Shown: positions 39,741 through 49,177, numbered from the stretch's first letter. The stretch: DNA of 64,000 nt from an uncultured Porphyromonadaceae bacterium (GCA_947253625.1 CAMYAB010000003.1:107105-171104); one strand, 5' to 3'. The notes: generated by a model from the letters alone, not told the origin. Numbers and translations: made by a program.

Positions 39741-40008
39741 ATACTATACTGTCTTCTACATGTTGGGCGTGTTGCGCCAAGCACCACTCTTCCGCATTCA
39801 CCGAAGTCCTGCTCCGAATCCGGTCCGGAGCAGATCGCTTGGGCGCAACAGTCTCGTAATAGTGATACAAATATACCAAACAATTATCGACCAATCGTTT
39901 CCCCACTTGCCCCCCTACGAGACTGTCGAGAGGAGCCTCTGCCGGTGCGACTCCTCCGAGGGGTGTCGGAGGGGCTTTGGGGGTATGGACAAACCGAGGA
40001 ACGTTTTT

Positions 40009-40119
40009 CCCTCTATCCGTCTGAGTGATGGCTTCTATCCGTGAAAAGTTTCGCTTCTATCCGTGAAAACTTTTGCTTCTATTCGTGAAACTCGAGGTGC
40101 TGTGTAAGTATTTGATTGT
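40009..40119 (-). repeat. Copy B of the TTTCACGGATAGAAGC-array repeat (reverse orientation relative to copy A)
   Basis: On the plus strand: cttctatccgtgaaaag ×3-4 with 22-bp phasing. The reverse complement aligns with 8035-8124, including about 35 bp of flank. Confidence 0.85.
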
Positions 40120-40396
40120 CAGTGCCCCTACCGGAAAGTCGCCTTTTTCCCCGAAAATCACCCTCCTTTTCCCTCCTCCGCCCCTCAAAAAAAAGGGGGC
40201 GGTGGTCGTCTCTCCCGAGGGGTGTCGTTTGGGGGGCAGAGTGTGCGATACATTGGCCCGAATGGGGCGTCCGGACAAGGGTGTTTTTTCCTAAGGTCGG
40301 AGAAAATTGGTACCTTGCGACCGGATCTGTGGGGTCGTCCTTGGCTCGACCAAAGCCGACTCCCCGGATTTGGATGTTGCACTAAGAAAAAAAAAG

Positions 40397-42223
40397 ATGT
40401 ACACGACCTATCCCCTTCATCTTCTTCCTGTGAAAAAAATGGCCCTTCAGGGCGACACGACCTGTCTCATGGAGCGGGACAGTGGTACCGGAGAGTGGCG
40501 CCACATCCTCTGGGATGAGGTCGGCACTCAGGTGCAGTGTACAGCAGAGGCCTTGGTGACTTTTGGCATAGGTGTGCAGGAGCCGGTGGGTGTTTTTTCG
40601 GAAAACATGAAGGAGTTTTTGTACACCGACCTGGCTTGCCAGAGTGTGCGTGCCTTTGGCGTGCCTCTCTACTCGACACTCTCGACCGGCCAGGTGGAGT
40701 ATATCGTGCGGGACTCTGGGATGCGCCTCCTCTTTGTGGGCAGTCAGCGACAGTACGACAGTGCATACCCTGTGACGAGGACGCTGGACCTGACTCTGGT
40801 GTCGTACGATCCGTCTGTGGTTTTTGCGACGGATGATGACCGCAGTATGTACTTTGGGGCGTTTTTGCAAAAGGGAGCCTTGGTCTCTCATCAGGAGGAG
40901 GTGGAGCGTCGTCGTGCCGAACACGAGGATGAGGATATAGCGTTTGTCCTCTATACCAGTGGTACCAGTGGACAAAGCAAGGGGGTGATCCTGACCCACC
41001 GCAATGTGGTGACCTCTGTGGCGCACCATGTCAATATGCGGGGAATGAAAGCGGGCAATATCAGCATGAACTTTTTGCCGATGACCCATATCTTTGAGAA
41101 GCTCTGGTGCTTGGTCTGCTTGGAGGCGGGGGCGATCATTGCGATCAATACCGATCCACACAAGATCACCACGACCCTGCCGGAGGTGCGTCCGCACTAC
41201 ATGTGCAATGTGCCACGTTTTTGGGAAAAGGTGTACCTCGGTGTGCGGGACAAGATGGAGCATATGCCCCCCTCGCTCAACCGTATTAGCCGAGACTGCC
41301 TGAAAGTCTGCCACAAGTACCAGATGGAGTATATCGCCAAGGGCAAAAAACCACCCCTGTGGCTCAAGGTCAAGTACGGTATCTACGAAAAGACGCTCCT
41401 CCGACTGGTCAAGAAGACTGTCGGGATCGACCGTGGGGTGATCTTTCCGGTGTCGGGCGCGGCACTGAGTAGAGAGGTGCACGGATTTTTGCTCTCGTTT
41501 GGGATCCCGATCGCCTACGGCTATGGTGCGACAGAGACTGCGGCCACGGTGTCGTACTGCATGCCTGATGAGACGAAGTTTGGGAGCGTCGGTCGACCAC
41601 TGGAGCACCTGGAGGTGCGTATCGACCAAGCGGCCGGCGGAGAGCTGCAACTGCGAGGTGCCTCAATCACTCGGGGGTACTACAACAAGCCCGAGGAGGA
41701 TGCCAAAGCCTTTACGCCGGATGGGTTCTTTAGGACCGGTGACCTTGTGACGCAGGACGAGGATGGCTATCTGTACTTCAAGGAGCGATCCAAGGATCTC
41801 TACAAGACTGCCAATGGCAAGTATATAGCCCCACAGATGCTGGAGGGGCTGATGACGAGCGACCCCACGATCGAGCAGGCACTGGTGGTGGCGGACAAGC
41901 GCAACTTTGTGAGTGCACTGATCTACCCCAACTGGAGCAACCTCATCCGACAGATGCGTGAGGAGTGCGGGGATCAAGCGTTGTCCGATGACCCGGTGAT
42001 CCTACGCGAGGAACCGTCGGTGGTGGCCTTTTTGCAAAAGAGGCTCGACCTCATCCTGAAGGATGTGGCAGAGTACGAGCGAGTGAAGAAGTTTTATATC
42101 CTGCCGGAGCCATTTTCTATCGAGAACGGTCTGCTGACCAATAGTATGAAAGCCAAGCGGTCGGCCATCCTGAGTAGGTACGAGGCGGAGATCGATGCGA
42201 TCTATGGCTACTCTCTACACTGA
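40397..42223 (+). CDS. Long-chain-fatty-acid--CoA ligase (AMP-dependent synthetase)
   Basis: AMP-binding motif LYTSGTSGQSKGV and the YGYGATE and GRPLEHLEVRIDQAAGGELQLRG motifs. Start at MYTTYPLH (40397) rather than the ORF-track 40307. Confidence 0.85.
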   Translation: MYTTYPLHLLPVKKMALQGDTTCLMERDSGTGEWRHILWDEVGTQVQCTAEALVTFGIGVQEPVGVFSENMKEFLYTDLACQSVRAFGVPLYSTLSTGQVEYIVRDSGMRLLFVGSQRQYDSAYPVTRTLDLTLVSYDPSVVFATDDDRSMYFGAFLQKGALVSHQEEVERRRAEHEDEDIAFVLYTSGTSGQSKGVILTHRNVVTSVAHHVNMRGMKAGNISMNFLPMTHIFEKLWCLVCLEAGAIIAINTDPHKITTTLPEVRPHYMCNVPRFWEKVYLGVRDKMEHMPPSLNRISRDCLKVCHKYQMEYIAKGKKPPLWLKVKYGIYEKTLLRLVKKTVGIDRGVIFPVSGAALSREVHGFLLSFGIPIAYGYGATETAATVSYCMPDETKFGSVGRPLEHLEVRIDQAAGGELQLRGASITRGYYNKPEEDAKAFTPDGFFRTGDLVTQDEDGYLYFKERSKDLYKTANGKYIAPQMLEGLMTSDPTIEQALVVADKRNFVSALIYPNWSNLIRQMREECGDQALSDDPVILREEPSVVAFLQKRLDLILKDVAEYERVKKFYILPEPFSIENGLLTNSMKAKRSAILSRYEAEIDAIYGYSLH

Positions 42224-42255
42224 AAGGTGACAAAAGCAGGTGAATGCGATAAGAT

Positions 42256-42636
42256 ATGATGCGAAATAAGACTTGGAGCTACCTCACTTTTTGCCTACTC
42301 CTCCCTTTGGTGGCGATGGTGCTAGGTGGCTGTATGCCCTCACACCGTGTGGAGTACCTGAAGTCCAAGCAGATCTATCTGCTCCTCGATGACCACAGAG
42401 ATGATATCGGGCACTACATTGTGTACGAGCTGGAGCACATGCCCAAGCATGACCAACTCCGAATAGAGCTGGAGGCACTGCGGAAGCAATCGGGTGCGGT
42501 GTCGGTCAAGAGCCTGGGCGACTTTGACGACCGGTACGAGTCGGGCTACGTCTATTTGTTGCTGGTCCGGAAGGTGACAAGCCAAGGCAAGAAGTCGGTG
42601 ACCTATACCTATGTCAAAACTGAGCTAAAGCAATAG
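42256..42636 (+). CDS. Hypothetical lipoprotein
   Basis: Signal peptide with lipobox (LGGC). 126 aa, no recognisable domain. Confidence 0.4.
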   Translation: MMRNKTWSYLTFCLLLPLVAMVLGGCMPSHRVEYLKSKQIYLLLDDHRDDIGHYIVYELEHMPKHDQLRIELEALRKQSGAVSVKSLGDFDDRYESGYVYLLLVRKVTSQGKKSVTYTYVKTELKQ

Positions 42637-42639
42637 TCT

Positions 42640-43968
42640 GTGAACGAAGCCGAATCCTATACCGCAGAGAACGGACTGCCTATCCGGTCCTCCTTGGCCC
42701 AAAAGGCGTCGCGCCTCTTTGTGGGCGATACGACGACGTGGGTCATCCTGCTGGGGCTAATGATCGGCAGCACGGTGGTGGTCTTTTCGGCCATCAGCCA
42801 GGAGGCCTTTGCCGCAGAGATGTACGGCAAGGCGTTTTATGGCGAGTTTTTGAAGCACCTGATCCTGATCATTGCCTCTTTCGTGCTGGTGAGCATGATG
42901 GCGCGTGTGCCGACTCGCTATTACCGCTGGCTGTCGTATCCTATGCTGGGACTGGCTATCCTGATGCTGATCTGGACCCTTGTGGGGGGGACGGAGCTGA
43001 ACGAAGGTAAACGGTGGGTGCAGATTGGAGGCTTTTCGCTACAACCATCGGAGTATGCCAAGGTCGCTATCGTGAACTATGTGGCGGCACGGCTGAGGGA
43101 GGGCAACGGTGCCTATGCCTCGCTCAGGACCTTCTTGAAGATATGGTTGCCGGTGGGCGTAGTGGTGGGGTTGATTATCTTTGAGAACATCTCCACGGCG
43201 GCTTTTATCATAGCTATTGTCTACATGATGTGCTTCATCGGCGGTGCCAACTCCAAGTGGATGGCCTATCTCGTCGGTATCGCACTGGTACTGCTTTTGG
43301 CCTTTGTGGGGGCGAGGACGCTCATGCCGTCCAAGACGGAGATAGGACGATCGGCCACGGGCCAAAATCGTATCGCACGATTTATAGACAAGGCTTTTAG
43401 CCCCATCGACGAAAATACCTACGACGATATCATGGGGATGGACTACCAGGTCGTCTCGGCACAAAAAGCCATCGCCAACAGTGGAGTGACGGGAGTCGGT
43501 GCCGGTCAGAGCGAGCTGCGTCAGTTTTTGCCGGCGGCCTTTTCGGACTACATCTATAATGTGGTGGTGGAGGAGTATGGCTTGCCGGGCTCGCTGTTTT
43601 TGATCTTCATGTACATCATGTTTTTTTGGCGGTGCGGTCAGTTGGCGCGACAGACCAGGAGTATGTACAAGACGGTGCTACTGATGGGGGTGGGGCTGCT
43701 GATCACGAGCCAAGCGGTGATGAATATGATGGTGGCCGCCAACATGCTGCCGGTGACGGGGCAGACTCTGCCCTTCATCAGCAAAGGGGGAAGTAGCTAC
43801 CTGTTCATGTCCATGCTCTTTGGGATGGCGCTGAGCGTGAGCCGAGAGATCAAGGAGGCAACCCTCCGACGGGATGCGGAGGCAAGTGGTATAGAGGGGA
43901 TGCCAGAGGTTGAGCTGGAGCATATCCCCGAGATGGATGACCCCGAGTCATCCTACGACGAACTATAA
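42640..43968 (+). CDS. ftsW: Peptidoglycan glycosyltransferase FtsW (SEDS family); GTG start
   Basis: About 10 TM helices. Conserved SEDS motifs (RLFVGDTTTW…, …LPFISKGGSS…). Confidence 0.85.
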   Translation: MNEAESYTAENGLPIRSSLAQKASRLFVGDTTTWVILLGLMIGSTVVVFSAISQEAFAAEMYGKAFYGEFLKHLILIIASFVLVSMMARVPTRYYRWLSYPMLGLAILMLIWTLVGGTELNEGKRWVQIGGFSLQPSEYAKVAIVNYVAARLREGNGAYASLRTFLKIWLPVGVVVGLIIFENISTAAFIIAIVYMMCFIGGANSKWMAYLVGIALVLLLAFVGARTLMPSKTEIGRSATGQNRIARFIDKAFSPIDENTYDDIMGMDYQVVSAQKAIANSGVTGVGAGQSELRQFLPAAFSDYIYNVVVEEYGLPGSLFLIFMYIMFFWRCGQLARQTRSMYKTVLLMGVGLLITSQAVMNMMVAANMLPVTGQTLPFISKGGSSYLFMSMLFGMALSVSREIKEATLRRDAEASGIEGMPEVELEHIPEMDDPESSYDEL

Positions 43969-43977
43969 GGAAACGAT

Positions 43978-45072
43978 ATGAAACGTGTCATCATCAGCGG
44001 AGGCGGTACAGGCGGACACATCTTTCCCGCCTTGTCGATAGCCGGAGAGATCCAGCGACGCTATCCGGAGTGTGAAATCCTCTTTGTGGGGGCCGAGGGA
44101 CGCATGGAGGCCGAGCGTGTGCCGGCCGCCGGCTACCCCATACGACTATTGCCCGTGCAGGGATTGCAGAGAGGAGGGGGAGTGTTGAGCAAGATTCGCA
44201 CCCTCAGGCATCTCCTCCGGAGTGTGGAGATTGCCAGGGATTACTTGGCGGACTTTAGGCCCGAGGTCGTAGTGGGTGTGGGAGGCTATGCCAGTGCTCC
44301 GACCCTGATCGCCGCCTCACGATCCGGCATCCCGATATTGGTGCAGGAGCAAAACTCCTATGCCGGCAAGACCAATCGTCTCGTGGGACGTCGTGCCGCA
44401 ACCGTATGCGTCGCCTATCCCGATATGGAGCGGTATTTCAAAAAGGCCAAAAAGATCGTTCTCACCGGCAATCCTGTGCGTGCCGCGCTCACCACCACTG
44501 TACGCCACGACCTAGATGCCTATACTGCACTGGGGCTGGATCCCGACAAGAAGACGATCCTGATCCTCGGAGGCAGCCTGGGAGCTCGCTCCATCAACGA
44601 GAGTGTCATCCACGGCTTGAATCAACTGGCCGAGGATACCGGAGTGCAGATCATCTGGCAGTGTGGAAAAGCCTACTACGAGGAAGCTCGGCAAATCTCG
44701 CTCCCGGACAATATCCGGCTCTATGACTTTGTGAGCCGAATGGATCTCGCCTACTCTACAGCGGATCTCGTGGTCTCTCGTGCCGGCGCAGGATCCATAT
44801 CCGAGCTGACTCTCCTCGGGATGCCCACCATACTGGTACCGTCGCCCAATGTGGCGGAGGACCATCAGACCAAAAACGCACAAGCACTTGCCTCACGAGG
44901 TGCTGCGCTGATCATCAAGGACAGTGACGCTCGTGAGCAACTGATACCCACAGCTCTCGCACTCGTCCGGGACGACGAACGACTGACTGTGATGGCCCAA
45001 AAGGCACACGAGATGGCGTTGCCCGACTCCGCCGCACGCATTGTGGACGAACTAGAGCTACTGGTACCATGA
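43978..45072 (+). CDS. murG: UDP-N-acetylglucosamine--N-acetylmuramyl-(pentapeptide) pyrophosphoryl-undecaprenol N-acetylglucosamine transferase MurG
   Basis: ISGGGTGGHIFPALSIA N-terminal G-loop and C-terminal GT-B domain. Confidence 0.9.
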   Translation: MKRVIISGGGTGGHIFPALSIAGEIQRRYPECEILFVGAEGRMEAERVPAAGYPIRLLPVQGLQRGGGVLSKIRTLRHLLRSVEIARDYLADFRPEVVVGVGGYASAPTLIAASRSGIPILVQEQNSYAGKTNRLVGRRAATVCVAYPDMERYFKKAKKIVLTGNPVRAALTTTVRHDLDAYTALGLDPDKKTILILGGSLGARSINESVIHGLNQLAEDTGVQIIWQCGKAYYEEARQISLPDNIRLYDFVSRMDLAYSTADLVVSRAGAGSISELTLLGMPTILVPSPNVAEDHQTKNAQALASRGAALIIKDSDAREQLIPTALALVRDDERLTVMAQKAHEMALPDSAARIVDELELLVP

Positions 45073-46436
45073 GTGACAGCAAGGCTATCTTTTTTGTCGG
45101 GATAGGGGGTATCGGGATGAGTGCCCTCGCTCGCTACTTTCTCTACTATGGCTACACGGTAGGGGGATATGACCGTACCCGTACCTCCAATACCATTGAT
45201 CTTGAGGAAAAAGGGGCTCATATCCTCTACAGCGATGATCCGGAGTTGTTGCCCTCGGCCTTTCGGGCTCCGGCCGACTTTCGGGTCGTCTACACCCCGG
45301 CGATACACGAGGACAACCGGATCCGTAGCTACTTCTCGGCAGAGGGCTACACACAGGTCAAGCGGGCAGAGATTTTGGGTGAGATTACGCGCCGACACCG
45401 GGCACTCTGTGTGGCCGGTACGCACGGCAAGACCACCACATCCACGCTATTGGCGCACCTGCTCAGCACTTCGCACATCGGGGCCAATGCCTTTTTGGGT
45501 GGTATCTCGCTCAACTACCGCTCCAATCTCCTCTTGGATGAGGCCTGCCCCTATGTCGTGGTGGAGGCGGATGAGTACGATCGGTCGTTTCACCGGCTGC
45601 ACCCCGACCACGCCATCATCACGGCCACGGAGCCCGATCACCTCGATATCTACGGTACGGCTGAGGCTTATCACGAGGCATTTGATCACTTTGTCGACCT
45701 TTTGCCCTCCGGTGGCACGCTTTTTGTCCACGAGGATGCGGTCATTCGCTCCCATCCGCACGGGGTCCTACGCTACAGCTATGGACAAAAGGAGACAAGC
45801 GACTACCGGTATAGCCACCTCACCTATGAGGGGGGCGAGCTGTACTTCGACTGGCACTATCCCGGTGGTGTCCTGCAGCGGCTACAGATCGGCACCCCCA
45901 TCGAGGTAAATGTCCTCAACGCCACCGCCGCACTGGCTCTCGCCCAAGAGTTGGGGGTCACAGAGGCGGAGTTGCGTGCCGGATTGGCTACCTTCAGGGG
46001 TGCGCGTCGGCGCTTTGAGCGGACCATCCTCCCCGATGGGCGAGTGGTGGTGGACGACTATGCCCACCACCCGGATGAGATACGGGCATCGCTCGACTCC
46101 ATCCACCGTCTCTACCCAGGCCACCATATTACGGTCGTCTTTCAGCCCCACTTGTACAGCCGTACCAGGGATTTTCTGGAGGAGTTTGGTGCGTCACTTT
46201 CTGTGACGGATGATCTGCTCTTGTTGCCGATCTATCCGGCACGCGAGGAGCCGATACCGGGGGTCACCTCTGAGGCGATCCTCCCCTATCTACACGCCAC
46301 TCACAAATCGGTCGTTGCCAAGGCCGACCTCATCGAGGAGTTGGAGAAGCACCACCCATTTGACATCCTGGTGATGATGGGGGCCGGTGACATTGAGTTT
46401 GAAATCCCCAAGGTGATTGCCCACTTCAGTGAATAA
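45069..46436 (+). CDS. murC: UDP-N-acetylmuramate--L-alanine ligase MurC
   Basis: FVGIGGIGMSALA and VAGTHGKTTTSTLLAHLL Mur ligase motifs. ATGA overlap with murG. Confidence 0.9.
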   Translation: MSDSKAIFFVGIGGIGMSALARYFLYYGYTVGGYDRTRTSNTIDLEEKGAHILYSDDPELLPSAFRAPADFRVVYTPAIHEDNRIRSYFSAEGYTQVKRAEILGEITRRHRALCVAGTHGKTTTSTLLAHLLSTSHIGANAFLGGISLNYRSNLLLDEACPYVVVEADEYDRSFHRLHPDHAIITATEPDHLDIYGTAEAYHEAFDHFVDLLPSGGTLFVHEDAVIRSHPHGVLRYSYGQKETSDYRYSHLTYEGGELYFDWHYPGGVLQRLQIGTPIEVNVLNATAALALAQELGVTEAELRAGLATFRGARRRFERTILPDGRVVVDDYAHHPDEIRASLDSIHRLYPGHHITVVFQPHLYSRTRDFLEEFGASLSVTDDLLLLPIYPAREEPIPGVTSEAILPYLHATHKSVVAKADLIEELEKHHPFDILVMMGAGDIEFEIPKVIAHFSE

Positions 46437-47181
46437 GCAGCGGATCATACGGATCAGCCTCATGATCTCGGCGACGCTCCTCCTGACCCTTCTCCTCGGG
46501 AGCTATCTCCTATCCCGTGGACAGGCGCGCTTTGCCGTCTATCCCTACAAGACGCACATCAGCATCCTGGGAGGGACGGAGGAGAGCTCTTTTTTGCGCC
46601 AGTCCGAGATCATTGACCTATTGCCCTTTTCGACCAAGGACAGTACCAGTATGCCCATCCGCACGGAGTGGCTGGAGCAGACCCTCCTGCACGAGATTCC
46701 CTACGTCCGGAGTGCCTGTGCCTATGTGTCGCCCTCCACACGCACCCTCAATATCACCATCCTTGAGCGAACCCCCATTATCCGCTACTACCGAGGTGGT
46801 GAGACCTACTTCATGGACGATGAGGGGGTCACCATCCGTGGCCGAATAGGCTCTGCGGCGTATGTCCCCATCGCCATGGGTAATCTAAACGACTCCATCC
46901 TCCACTCCACCCTCTACCCACTGGCTACCCACCTGCACGCGAGCAAGGACTACCGACACTTCTTTTCTCTCATCGACATTGTCTCCGAGCGCAAGGTCCA
47001 CCTCTATCCACGTGTAGGGGACTACATCTTTGAGCTACACGGACTCGACACCATCGATGAGGACCTGGACAAGATCCCGATCTTTTACAAAAAGATACTC
47101 CCCAAGACCGGGACCAACCACTACAAGCTCATCAAGCTATCCTACAAGGACCAGATCGTATGTCAGAGACGAAAAGAGTAG
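46417..47181 (+). CDS. ftsQ: Cell division protein FtsQ-like (POTRA)
   Basis: N-terminal TM followed by a POTRA-like region. Sits in the murC-ftsQ position of the dcw cluster. Confidence 0.65.
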   Translation: MPTSVNKQRIIRISLMISATLLLTLLLGSYLLSRGQARFAVYPYKTHISILGGTEESSFLRQSEIIDLLPFSTKDSTSMPIRTEWLEQTLLHEIPYVRSACAYVSPSTRTLNITILERTPIIRYYRGGETYFMDDEGVTIRGRIGSAAYVPIAMGNLNDSILHSTLYPLATHLHASKDYRHFFSLIDIVSERKVHLYPRVGDYIFELHGLDTIDEDLDKIPIFYKKILPKTGTNHYKLIKLSYKDQIVCQRRKE

Positions 47182-48077
47182 GAGCGAGCCGGCAGGGCAA
47201 GAAGCAACACGCCTACCTCGTCTCCTCCAGTGTCAATCTGCTCTTGGCTCCGGTCAAGTTGTTGGCCGGTATCTATGGCAAAAGCTCAGCCCTGATCGCC
47301 GACTCCCTCAACTCCATCGGTGACATCCTCACCAATGCTGTAGTCTACCTTTTCCTAAAGATTTCGTCAAAGCCCAGAGACGACAACCACTCCTATGGGC
47401 ATGGAAAATTTGAGACTCTGGCCACACTGCTCATCGGGCTCACCATGCTCGGTGCCGCACTCATGATCATCATGCAGTCCGCTGAGACTGTCGTGGACTT
47501 CGTCCGGTCCGGAGCACTTCCTGCAGAGCCAAAGCCGATCGCACTCGCCGTCGCACTGGTCACGCTGATCACCAAGGCGATAGCCTACCGCTACACACTG
47601 CTCAGGAGCCGTGAGACCGGCTCCGAGGCACTTGCCGCACAAGCCGAGGACCACCGCATGGATATCTACACCGCACTGGCAGTGACCATCGGCATCCTTT
47701 GTGCCAAGTACCTAGGCGGAAAAGCCCTCCTTGCCGAGCCACTGGCGACCATCGTGGTGGCCGGATTTGTCACCTATGCGGCCATTGGGATCATCCGAGC
47801 GACGATCTACCCACTCACCGATGCCAGCATCCCCGATGAGACGGTACGTGAGATCCGTGACCTAGTCCTCCAAGTCCCCGGCATCTACGACCCGCACAAC
47901 TTCCGCACCCGCATGATCGGGAGCGACACCATCGCTATCGAGATGGACATACGCACCCATGGCTCCTCAAGCCTCTACCAGGCGCACGACCTCACCATGC
48001 AGGCCGAGCGATTGATCCGAGACCGCTATGGAGAGGACACACACATCACCATACATGTGGAGCCTCTCCGAGAGTAG
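47160..48077 (+). CDS. Cation diffusion facilitator family transporter (CzcD/FieF-like)
   Basis: 6 TM. The SALIADSLNSIGD and HSYGHGKFE CDF signature motifs. C-terminal cytoplasmic domain. Confidence 0.85.
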   Translation: MSETKRVGASRQGKKQHAYLVSSSVNLLLAPVKLLAGIYGKSSALIADSLNSIGDILTNAVVYLFLKISSKPRDDNHSYGHGKFETLATLLIGLTMLGAALMIIMQSAETVVDFVRSGALPAEPKPIALAVALVTLITKAIAYRYTLLRSRETGSEALAAQAEDHRMDIYTALAVTIGILCAKYLGGKALLAEPLATIVVAGFVTYAAIGIIRATIYPLTDASIPDETVREIRDLVLQVPGIYDPHNFRTRMIGSDTIAIEMDIRTHGSSSLYQAHDLTMQAERLIRDRYGEDTHITIHVEPLRE

Positions 48078-48082
48078 CCAAG

Positions 48083-48703
48083 ATGCTGACCCACCCCCTC
48101 CCCATACGATTGGTGCCCGAACGGCTGGAAGCCGGTGTGGATGAGGTAGGCAGAGGATGCCTCGCCGGGCCGGTCTGCGCTGCCGCTGTCATCCTACCGG
48201 AGGACTTTGATCTACCCGGGCTCAACGACTCCAAGCAGCTCACCTCGGCAAGGCGCAAGATCTTTGCCCAAGCCATCATGGCCCAAGCCCTCACCTACAG
48301 CATCGGCGAAGCCACTGTCGAGGAGATCGATCGATACAACATCCTATCCGCTACTTTCCTAGCCATGGAGCGTGCCATCCGAGGACTCACTCCACAGCCG
48401 GAGCACCTGCTCATCGATGGCAACCGCTTCAGGCCACACACCACCTCGATTCCCTACGAGACCCTCATCCGGGGTGACGGTCGTGTTGCCAGTATTGCAG
48501 CCGCCTCCGTCCTCGCCAAGGTGCACCGCGATCACCTGATGGAGGTAGCCGCAGAGACCTACCCCGAGTACGGCTGGGCGCACAATGCCGGCTACGGCAC
48601 CGCTGAGCATCTAGCCGCTATCCGCACCCATGGGATCACACCCCTGCACCGTCGCTCTTTCGGACCCTGCCGGCCCTCCCTTTTTGACACCCTAGACCGA
48701 TAA
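48083..48703 (+). CDS. rnhB: Ribonuclease HII
   Basis: AGVDEVGRGCLAGPVCAAAV (the DEVGRG catalytic motif). Confidence 0.9.
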   Translation: MLTHPLPIRLVPERLEAGVDEVGRGCLAGPVCAAAVILPEDFDLPGLNDSKQLTSARRKIFAQAIMAQALTYSIGEATVEEIDRYNILSATFLAMERAIRGLTPQPEHLLIDGNRFRPHTTSIPYETLIRGDGRVASIAAASVLAKVHRDHLMEVAAETYPEYGWAHNAGYGTAEHLAAIRTHGITPLHRRSFGPCRPSLFDTLDR

Positions 48704-48737
48704 TCACAGGTCAATCATATAGCCAACCACCTACCAC

Positions 48738-48977
48738 TTGCCAAGTCTCACCCTACTTGCCACCAGCCTCCTTTTGCTTGCCGGGTGTGGCACTGAGACG
48801 AAAAAAAACGACCTGCGGCGTGAGAACCTACAACTCCGCCGGAGTACCCGAGACGAAAATAGATACGTCTATACCTACAGTAGCGAAGGAAACCGGGTCG
48901 AGCGAATAACCCTCGAGGGTGGCGTCGCTACACAGGTATGTGAGCGGGAGTACGAGCATCGGTTCTCAAGATTTTAG
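48738..48977 (+). CDS. Possible small lipoprotein (TTG start)
   Basis: LLLLAGCGTE lipobox. 79 aa with no homology recognised. Could be spurious. Confidence 0.25.
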   Translation: MPSLTLLATSLLLLAGCGTETKKNDLRRENLQLRRSTRDENRYVYTYSSEGNRVERITLEGGVATQVCEREYEHRFSRF

Positions 48978-48996
48978 TCTCTCTGCTCGGAACTGC

Positions 48997-49060
48997 AGTT
49001 TCTACGGAGTGAAACTACAGTTTCTACCCGTTGAAACTGTAGTTTCACTCCGTAGAAACT
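48997..49060. repeat. 28-bp perfect inverted repeat (hairpin) with 8-nt loop
   Basis: agtttctacggagtgaaactacagtttc | tacccgtt | gaaactgtagtttcactccgtagaaact. No flanking U-run on either strand. Confidence 0.8.
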
Positions 49061-49177
49061 CTAGTTTCATCCTCAGAGGAGACTTTTGGACATCAAGGGG
49101 TGCGGAAAAGAAAAAGGCCACACCGAGTTATCAAAAACGCTCGGTGGGCCTTGCTGTTTTTGGGATGTACCCCTTTT

